Below, one piece after another: positions 56,985 through 64,000 of a stretch of 64,000 nt of DNA. The position numbers were made by a program, and so were the translations under genes. This DNA comes from an uncultured Candidatus Saccharibacteria bacterium (lineage in GTDB: Bacteria; Patescibacteriota; Minisyncoccia; Phycocordibacterales; CAIRYW01): positions 105 through 64,104 of the forward strand of contig CAYLQP010000002.1 in the NCBI GenBank assembly GCA_964386665.1, given 5' to 3'. Every line of letters begins with the position of its first letter. Position 1 is the stretch's first letter. The notes below the pieces were generated by a model. That model was not told the origin of the DNA. It searched no databases and saw only the letters and a program-made list of their open reading frames with translations.

Positions 56985-58427
56985 TTAATTCCAACTAAAT
57001 AAACTTCGCCACCAAGACTTTGCTCTTCCTACCATTGTTTGCTTTGGACGATTTGGTTCTATTTTTCTTTGACCGAAACTTACAGGACGTCTTCCTCCCC
57101 TTGAAGCAGTTTGACTTCGAGATTCAGTTTTTGGTTGTCCAGATGTAGCCTGTGTTGTTGCCGCAGAAGCGGAAGCTGTAGCTGTAGACGTTTCTGCAAC
57201 CTTTGGCTCTTCTACTACAAGATCTTCAAATACAAACCCCTCAAAAGAACCTTGGTTTGATCCAAGATCTGTTGACTCTTCAATCCCCTTTGTTTTCTTG
57301 ACACCTTCGATAGAATCAATTCTCTTATCGATACCACCAAGTAATTTTTCTGCTTTTGCCAGATCTTTTTCTACCGTCTTTAGCTGAGCTTTGATTCCAG
57401 CGATTCTTTCTTTGTTTTTTTCTATCTGATTATCAAACTCTTTTTTACCTTGTTTGTCTATTTTTTTAAGCCCTTTAAAGAGCTCAATTTGTTTTTCAAG
57501 TTCGGTGATTTCTTCAAGAGCTTTGTCATATCCTTCTTTAAGAGTATTGTAATTTCCCTTTTCTTGTTCCAAGTTTGTTGCAATCTCAATACGTTTTATT
57601 TCAGCATCAAGCTGACTTCGCATTGACTCTCGAATCGTATTTATACCTCCTTCAATAGCTAGAAAATCTCTTTTTTGATTTTCGTATGTTTCACTGAGTC
57701 GATCAAACTGAGTCTGCAAATTTGCTTTTTGCGCATCGAGAATAGTCTTTTTCTCGGCAAAAACCTTTTCGATAGACTCAGCTACAGCTGGAGGAACGTT
57801 TTGTCCCTCACCTGTTTTAAGTGCAAGTGAGCGCTTTTTGATATCTTCTGCGTCTTTTAATTCTTGATTGAGACGTTTCACCTTTGCTCTTACTTGGATG
57901 ATTTCTTGTTGAGTAGCAGTTATTTCAACAAGAGCATTTTCTCTTCGTGCAACAAGAGATTTCATTTCTTCAAACTCAGAACTGCTTTCAAGTTTCTTGC
58001 CAATATCCTTTGCACTCAAAAACACTTCAGTCAAAGGAGCTTCTTGTTCAAATTTTTCTGACTCCACAGGAACTTCTTCCTCTTCGGTATTTTCTGGCTG
58101 CACTAGCCTCCCTGAGGCTTCGAATGTTTTGAAAGCACTGGGTTCAATTCCATTCTTTTTTTGTAACGGGAAACCTCTTTGTTTTTCAGCTACTTGTTGT
58201 TCAGTTGTAGAAGTTGAATTTTTGGCTTCTTCAAACGTCTTAAAATCACCCTGCTTCACCCCACCTTTCTTTTCAAAAGGAAATCCTTCTCCTCTTTCCT
58301 CAAGAGATTTACTATCCCCTTTTGGTGTAGAGGGAGATTCTGGATCATCATCAAAATCTCTAAAATCACCACGGGCAGATCGGTAATTTGGATCAAACTC
58401 TTCCATTAGTCTTTGTTGTTGGTTCAT
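56985..58427 (-). CDS. Coiled-coil protein with repeated F-x-F-E motifs (hypothetical)
   Basis: 480 aa. Repeats GFPFEKKGG.KQGDFKTFEEA, GFPLQKKNGIEPSAFKTFEAS and GSFEGFVFEDL. A long central coiled coil. Basic C-terminus. Confidence 0.55.
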   Translation of the reverse strand: MNQQQRLMEEFDPNYRSARGDFRDFDDDPESPSTPKGDSKSLEERGEGFPFEKKGGVKQGDFKTFEEAKNSTSTTEQQVAEKQRGFPLQKKNGIEPSAFKTFEASGRLVQPENTEEEEVPVESEKFEQEAPLTEVFLSAKDIGKKLESSSEFEEMKSLVARRENALVEITATQQEIIQVRAKVKRLNQELKDAEDIKKRSLALKTGEGQNVPPAVAESIEKVFAEKKTILDAQKANLQTQFDRLSETYENQKRDFLAIEGGINTIRESMRSQLDAEIKRIEIATNLEQEKGNYNTLKEGYDKALEEITELEKQIELFKGLKKIDKQGKKEFDNQIEKNKERIAGIKAQLKTVEKDLAKAEKLLGGIDKRIDSIEGVKKTKGIEESTDLGSNQGSFEGFVFEDLVVEEPKVAETSTATASASAATTQATSGQPKTESRSQTASRGGRRPVSFGQRKIEPNRPKQTMVGRAKSWWRSLFSWN

Positions 58428-58470
58428 ATATCAATTATATACGAAGAAGGAGACTGTGTACAAGCATAGC

Positions 58471-58896
58471 TTAATTTACTTTGTTTATAAGCCTCTTTTC
58501 TTTATACTTCTCCCAAAAGTGCCAAATAAAAGCAAGAATAATTGAGATCCATATTAAATTACCAAATAAAATTGCAGATAACTGAATTGCAATTGAACTC
58601 CGTGAAAAACATACCCCCCAACTACACCCGAGTTCATCTACACCGAAAGTCATACCTAATACAGCCAAAAGAGTTGGTATACCTAATACAAACCACACCT
58701 TAAAGACTTTTATTGGGAAAAAGATCAACGTCAAAAGTGAAATTATAAGAGGGAGAGATAAAGCTAATACAGGATAAAAAAATAACTCTCTATATTGACC
58801 AAAAAAGCGACCAAGCACATAGGCTAAAATGGCTAATAATGAAAATAATATTAAAATTTGTAAATTCAACTTCCTCTTTCTAAAAAAATCTTTCAT
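58471..58896 (-). CDS. Membrane protein (4 TM, hypothetical)
   Basis: 141 aa. 4-nt coupled to the upstream 1006-aa gene. Confidence 0.5.
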   Translation of the reverse strand: MKDFFRKRKLNLQILILFSLLAILAYVLGRFFGQYRELFFYPVLALSLPLIISLLTLIFFPIKVFKVWFVLGIPTLLAVLGMTFGVDELGCSWGVCFSRSSIAIQLSAILFGNLIWISIILAFIWHFWEKYKEKRLINKVN

Positions 58897-61800
58897 TTTT
58901 GTTCTAATAAATCTAATAATTCATTAATCATTGTTATGAGCACTTCGACATCTGTCTTTGTAATGTGTTTGTGATGGTGTTTATTATACTCGTGATGTGA
59001 CAAATGTTTAAGTTTATAATTGAAGTCACGGATTTTTTTGATCAGTTTTTTGTCTACCCCTTTTTGAAGAAGCTTTTCTATTTTTTCAATTCGTTTTATC
59101 AACTTATCTTTGATCTTTTTTGAAATTTGAAGTTCAAGGACTGTTTTTTTGAGTAATCCGATATATTCTAAAGGAGTTAACTCTGTATTCGATTCAAGCT
59201 CAACATCAACAACCCCATCCCCTTCAATATCTAATTGAAGTATTGGTTCCGCTTCTGGTTCTAAGACTACTTCAGCAAGTGTATTAGCAGTTGTTGGAAT
59301 GTCAGCAAAAACTTTTTCTTCTATTGTCACTCCTCCTTCTTGCTTTTCGATTTCGAGCGTAAATGTTCCGGTTCCAAGTCCTTCAAGCTTAATAACTGGA
59401 TTAGTATGATCAAAGAGATAGACGTATTTCCCTTCTCCCACTTCTTCATACAGACTATTTGGGATTCCTTCTTCAATATAAGTTTTTCCTGTTTCTTCGT
59501 CAACTTTCACTCCTGTGAAGTTGCCAAGCCCATCATAGACTCCAAGTGATACTGGGGAATGCAGTCCTATACGTAAGTTTGGATAGTCTTTGTAAGACGG
59601 TTTTTCGAGAGTAATATATTCTGGAAGCGTTACAAGAGAATCGGTCAAAAGCTCTGATATAAGCGCTTTTATATCTGTAACTTCCATTATATCAGTATGT
59701 TTTGAGGCACTACCACTAACGTTATAGTTGAGCATATCGAGATAATAAGTTCTTCCTGCATTAGCAGTTACACTCGGGGTCACTACTGTTTCGTCCCCAT
59801 CAATTGTCTTGATAGTTTTGTAATCAAGTTTACCTTTGTCGTTTTTGAAATATTCAAGTCCTGAAGTCGTAAACACGCCCCATCCAACCACCTGAATCAA
59901 ATCAATTCCTTCGGGCGGAGTCCAGTCGTCTATCTGAGTATGAACATTCGTTGCGTTGTTTAGAAGTACAGAGTTCAACACATTAGGTTTTGCAACTTCA
60001 TCACTTCGCGGGTCTGTCCGACCATCTCTTGATGCTGTAAGAAATGCTACTAGCTCACTGTGTGAATCAACTTCACTACCATACAATCGATAGAGGTTAC
60101 TAATATCGTTTGTCGAAGATGCAATCTTGATAACCGGGTCATTAACAATATCAAAATACATCGGTGAAGGAATGAGATTATAAGCCGATTTCATATTCTC
60201 CCCCAATTGACGTATAGTTGCTTTTCCTGCTATTAATTTAATTGTTTGCTCTTCCCCATGCAACATACTTCCAATCGTCTTTGGTGTCCCGAGCTGTGGT
60301 GGAGCAACCAAAATCATTTGATCAACAATATCTTGGTGACCCTGAGATTTGAGTTTATCGACAAGTTTTTTTGCAAGGAGTCCTCCATTACTGTGAGTTA
60401 CCAACGAAACTTTCTTCGTCTTGGAAGTACTCGCAAGTCGAACCACTTCGTCAACCAAGTTTTGAGTATATGTTTCGTACCTTACTCCATCTGTTAATAA
60501 TGTATCGTAGTCAAAGCGCCAGTCATACGGGAGAGCTTTCCATTCGGTAATCTTCTCGTCACTTACCAACTTATCCATAGTAGTAATAAATGTTTTATAC
60601 ACATCAAAATCAAAGATGTTTCCTCCCGAATTAGTTCTATCCAGAATATCTCTTGTATAGATTCCAGTATTCTTAGAAGTTCCATCTGGTTTCAAATATA
60701 GGTATTCAACATCAGAAGCAAAAGAAATATTGGGTTCCCACAACTGATCTTCAAGAATCCCCTTCTTATAGAGCCTTGAAGCCTGAATCCCCGGCAGAAA
60801 CGCAACGTTTGAACAGCACACCTCTGGTGTATCATCTGGGGCATTAAGCCAAGGTTCGAAAAGTACTTGTACATCAAATATTTTTATCGTATCTCCTTGT
60901 CCTAAATCATTACCTTCAAACACATATGGACCTGTTGCATTACCCCACCAATTATTTCTTGCATCTACAATCTGATCTGGATTATTTCCGTTGCCATAGG
61001 CGATGACCCCAACACCATTATTTACAATTTTGTTAAGAAAAAACTTTGATTCGGATAATTCGTTACTTGTATAATACTCAATCCCTTTTGTATTGTTCGA
61101 GATCTCTGAATCAATGACTGCAATGTTACCACCATACACAAGAATACCCACTTCAGTAAAATTACGTACAATACTGTCTTCAAGTAAAAAGTCCCCACTG
61201 TATATTTTAATACCTGTTTGAAGTCCTCCTTCAATAACCAAACCTGTACCAAAAAGACTGTGGCCAAATGAGACAAGTGGTGTTCCAAAGGTCGAATTAA
61301 TTGTTACACGATCAAGATCAACAAAACTATTATAAAACACTGCCGTTGCTTGAGGCCAACTCAACGCTTCTGCCTCAAGAGAACCCTGTTTCAGAAGCAC
61401 TTCTGATTCTTCATAAGAAGTAATTGCGATGTTTTTTGTATTGATATCAAAATTTGAAATCACTACTTTACTTCCACCATAGACATTAATTCCATCAGAA
61501 TAATTTTCCATATCCAAAGACTCAATATCGAGCGTCGCACCATGAACATCAAGACCGACACCAAAAAAATGAGTATGCTTGATCATTGATTGTGTCGAAT
61601 AGAATACCCGCAGTACGGCATCATTCAAAGCTCCGTCAGCCAAAGTAAAGATAACAGGGTCTTCTTCACTTCCCTTAATTAGGATTTCACCAAAAATGTT
61701 TAGATCGTCACCTGACGATAGTACTACTTTTACTCCTGGTTCAATAGTGAGAATGGTACCTAAATCAAAAGAAACGTTAGAAGCAATAACATAAGGACTA

Positions 61801-61913
61801 TTTTGCTTAGTCCATGTTGCGCTTTCTAATTGATAACCAGAAACATTCGTCTGTGCAGATGTTGGAGAGAAACTTAAGAACAAAGATAGAAGAACAAAAA
61901 ATATTTTCTTCAT
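58893..61913 (-). CDS. Large secreted protein with N-terminal parallel beta-helix repeats and central alpha/beta-hydrolase (PGAP1/LCAT-like lipase) domain
   Basis: Signal peptide MKKIFFVLLSLFLSFSPTSA. Repetitive N..G..I..N segments typical of PbH1 beta-helix. Lipase-type nucleophile elbow VSLVTHSNGGLLAKKLV. His-rich C-terminus HHEYNKHHHKH. Confidence 0.65.
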   Translation of the reverse strand: MKKIFFVLLSLFLSFSPTSAQTNVSGYQLESATWTKQNSPYVIASNVSFDLGTILTIEPGVKVVLSSGDDLNIFGEILIKGSEEDPVIFTLADGALNDAVLRVFYSTQSMIKHTHFFGVGLDVHGATLDIESLDMENYSDGINVYGGSKVVISNFDINTKNIAITSYEESEVLLKQGSLEAEALSWPQATAVFYNSFVDLDRVTINSTFGTPLVSFGHSLFGTGLVIEGGLQTGIKIYSGDFLLEDSIVRNFTEVGILVYGGNIAVIDSEISNNTKGIEYYTSNELSESKFFLNKIVNNGVGVIAYGNGNNPDQIVDARNNWWGNATGPYVFEGNDLGQGDTIKIFDVQVLFEPWLNAPDDTPEVCCSNVAFLPGIQASRLYKKGILEDQLWEPNISFASDVEYLYLKPDGTSKNTGIYTRDILDRTNSGGNIFDFDVYKTFITTMDKLVSDEKITEWKALPYDWRFDYDTLLTDGVRYETYTQNLVDEVVRLASTSKTKKVSLVTHSNGGLLAKKLVDKLKSQGHQDIVDQMILVAPPQLGTPKTIGSMLHGEEQTIKLIAGKATIRQLGENMKSAYNLIPSPMYFDIVNDPVIKIASSTNDISNLYRLYGSEVDSHSELVAFLTASRDGRTDPRSDEVAKPNVLNSVLLNNATNVHTQIDDWTPPEGIDLIQVVGWGVFTTSGLEYFKNDKGKLDYKTIKTIDGDETVVTPSVTANAGRTYYLDMLNYNVSGSASKHTDIMEVTDIKALISELLTDSLVTLPEYITLEKPSYKDYPNLRIGLHSPVSLGVYDGLGNFTGVKVDEETGKTYIEEGIPNSLYEEVGEGKYVYLFDHTNPVIKLEGLGTGTFTLEIEKQEGGVTIEEKVFADIPTTANTLAEVVLEPEAEPILQLDIEGDGVVDVELESNTELTPLEYIGLLKKTVLELQISKKIKDKLIKRIEKIEKLLQKGVDKKLIKKIRDFNYKLKHLSHHEYNKHHHKHITKTDVEVLITMINELLDLLEQK

Positions 61914-62162
61914 TTATTTAAATTAATAGGGTTGATAATTCTAAAAATAGTATATCAATATACTTATTTATAATTCCAGAAACATCTGTGTATAACTTTA
62001 GAGATGTCAGACTGATTATTAGTTCAATTGACTTTCCTATCAAACCTTCACAACCAAAAACATATTCTGATATTCTCAAGAGTACCAGAATTATGACGGT
62101 TAAAAAGTAAATATCAAATAAATTGAGATGAGTGAAGGGGGGGGCAAAACCTACAAACCAAA

Positions 62163-62915
62163 CTATCCTACTCTGGTTCGTTTGATCGAAAACGCGAGAG
62201 CAAAAGAATCAAGTTTCTTTCCAATACTCTCTGCAAGCGAACGCATATAGGTACCACTTGAACACGAGACCTTAATCTTTGCTATTTGAAATGAGCCCAG
62301 ACTACCCTGCAATACATCTCGCCACAAAGACACAACTTCTTCTTGTCGGAAATCTCCTTTTACTTTTGCAATATTCTCGAGTATGTAATCAAGCAACACC
62401 TTGCTTGATACCCCTCTTTGTTCTAATAGATCAATACTGAAAATCTCTACTTCTTTTGTTGGAAGTGTTTCGGGCAAATTACCGCTTTTTGCCAACCCTT
62501 TTGCATAAGCAAAAAGCGGCTCTCCATTGACCGTCTTTGATGAAAACGCGGGATACTCTTGAACAAACTTCCCTTCTAAGCTTTTTAAGACTTGTTCTAG
62601 TTCTGCTTTTTGAGTTTCAATGTGGCTTTTTGAGTTTTGACTTTTGACTTTGCCAAGCAAATCCCCTGTATCAGTCTCAAACCCCAAAAGCACCTCAACT
62701 TCATACACTTTATTTAAACCAAGATACTGCTCTTTCTTCTTGCACTCCTCACCAACAAGAATCAAAAGCACTCCCTCTGCCATAGGATCGAGCCGCCCCG
62801 CATAGGTCATTGGTAGCAAGGGGTCCAACCCCTTGCTGATACGCACTCTTTCAAGTGCTTTAAGCGGGGTTTCGCCGATGTGTTTGTATACCGAAAAACA
62901 TTTCTCTTGATTCAT
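62163..62915 (-). CDS. truB: tRNA pseudouridine(55) synthase TruB
   Basis: GRLDPMAEGVLLILVGE with the catalytic Asp. I trimmed the start to MNQEKCF. Confidence 0.85.
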   Translation of the reverse strand: MNQEKCFSVYKHIGETPLKALERVRISKGLDPLLPMTYAGRLDPMAEGVLLILVGEECKKKEQYLGLNKVYEVEVLLGFETDTGDLLGKVKSQNSKSHIETQKAELEQVLKSLEGKFVQEYPAFSSKTVNGEPLFAYAKGLAKSGNLPETLPTKEVEIFSIDLLEQRGVSSKVLLDYILENIAKVKGDFRQEEVVSLWRDVLQGSLGSFQIAKIKVSCSSGTYMRSLAESIGKKLDSFALAFSIKRTRVG

Positions 62916-62937
62916 ATTATCTGTTAAAATAGCATTT

Positions 62938-64000
62938 ATGGACAAAACATCAAAATTAACCACAGAACCCTACAAAGGAGTTCGGGATTTCTATCCAGAA
63001 GATATGGCAATCCAAAACTATATTTTCGACGTGTGGCGCAAGACCGCAGAGAGCTTTGGATATGTTGAATACAGCGCTTCCCCATTAGAACCAACAGAAC
63101 TCTACAAAGCAAAAAGTGGAGAAGAAATAATCAACGAACAAACATACAGCTTCAAAGACCGAGGTGACCGAGAAGTGACCCTTCGTCCTGAAATGACACC
63201 AACTGTTGCCCGAATGATTGCGGGACAAAGACGCGAAATGAAGTTTCCTCAAAGGTGGTTTTCGATTCCTAACTGTTTTAGATATGAACGTCCACAAAAA
63301 GGACGCCTTCGAGAACACTTTCAATTTAATTGTGATATATTTGGTGTTGCCCAGATCGAAGCAGAGGTTGAAATTATTTCACTTCTTTTCTCTGTACTCA
63401 AAAATTTTGGACTAAAGCCCGAAAACTTCAAAATAGGAGTAAACAGTCGTGAATCAATCTATCAAACAATCAAAAACCTTGGAGTAAAAGATGAAGATGT
63501 AGAAAAAGTTCGAGGACTTCTTGATAAGAAGAATAAAATAAAAAACTTTGACGAAGAGCTCGAAAAAATAATCGGCAAAAAAGTAGATATCAAAATAGAA
63601 GAAAGTGATGATGTAAAAGAATTAATTAAGAAACTTCACAAAAAAGGTATCACAAATGTTTTCTTTGATGAATCGCTTGTTCGTGGGTTTGATTATTATA
63701 CAGGTATTGTATTTGAATTTTCTGATACAAATGAGGCCAACCCTCGAGCGCTTTGTGGAGGTGGACGATACGACAACTTACTTTCAATCTTTGGAGTGGA
63801 CCCTATTCCAACCGTTGGATTTGGTATGGGTGATGTGACAATACGTGATGTACTTGAAACGTACGACCTCTTGCCAGAGTACACATCAAAGACAGCTATT
63901 GCTATCCTTCCCTTTTCTCTCAAACAATTTGAATACGCAGATATGGTTGCTACAACACTTCGTGCAACACAAAATGTGTCTGTTGATTATAGTGAAAAAA
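62938..64000 (+). CDS. hisS: Histidine--tRNA ligase, 3'-truncated by the window edge
   Basis: From ATG at 62938: MDKTSKLTTEPYKGVRDFYPEDMAIQNYIFDVWRK...FRYERPQKGRLREHFQFNCDIFG (class II motif 2). The frame stays open to the window end. It is not in the track because it is incomplete. Confidence 0.85.
   Translation, partial: MDKTSKLTTEPYKGVRDFYPEDMAIQNYIFDVWRKTAESFGYVEYSASPLEPTELYKAKSGEEIINEQTYSFKDRGDREVTLRPEMTPTVARMIAGQRREMKFPQRWFSIPNCFRYERPQKGRLREHFQFNCDIFGVAQIEAEVEIISLLFSVLKNFGLKPENFKIGVNSRESIYQTIKNLGVKDEDVEKVRGLLDKKNKIKNFDEELEKIIGKKVDIKIEESDDVKELIKKLHKKGITNVFFDESLVRGFDYYTGIVFEFSDTNEANPRALCGGGRYDNLLSIFGVDPIPTVGFGMGDVTIRDVLETYDLLPEYTSKTAIAILPFSLKQFEYADMVATTLRATQNVSVDYSEK

Overview
This window is AT-rich (roughly 37-40% G+C by eye) and gene-dense, with short intergenic regions and an almost entirely housekeeping backbone. 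The reduced gene set, several type-IV-pilin-like genes, LemA, DUF192 and many small membrane proteins fit a small-genome, possibly CPR/Patescibacteria-like bacterium, but this is inference and not established. The backbone genes I recognise from motifs are ychF (partial), ligA, obg, dnaB, recR, rplU, gatCA, lepA, murJ, murI, htpX, lemA, secG, rnj, msrB, typA, truB and hisS (partial). Also present are a MYG1/UPF0160 hydrolase, three ABC systems, an AI-2E transporter, a five-pilin cluster with a prepilin peptidase, a CsoR/DUF305 copper module, and three tRNAs. Two of the tRNAs are adjacent CAU species. An RNase P RNA (rnpB) is absent from the ORF track but is well supported by conserved P4 and P2 pairing with compensatory changes, a perfect -10/-35 promoter and an intrinsic terminator. 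The most unusual stretch is about 47.8-51.9 kb. A tRNA-Glu 3' end is followed by two identical 34-bp direct repeats that precede two uncharacterised genes, one of which carries an R-x4-H (HEPN-like) motif. Next comes tspO, whose last 51 bp are duplicated perfectly 1.2 kb downstream, bracketing a single inserted ORF. After that lies a more G+C-rich gene encoding a membrane-anchored HExxH protein. Other notable features are a membrane-anchored, His-rich protein with an RNRIAH HEPN-like motif next to the CAU tRNAs; a G+C-rich orphan gene preceded by a 22-bp RNA-strand-specific hairpin; an orphan histidine kinase coupled to a polytopic membrane protein; and an operon for a 1006-aa secreted beta-helix/lipase-like protein. 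All functional calls rest on motif recognition by eye. No database searches were run.
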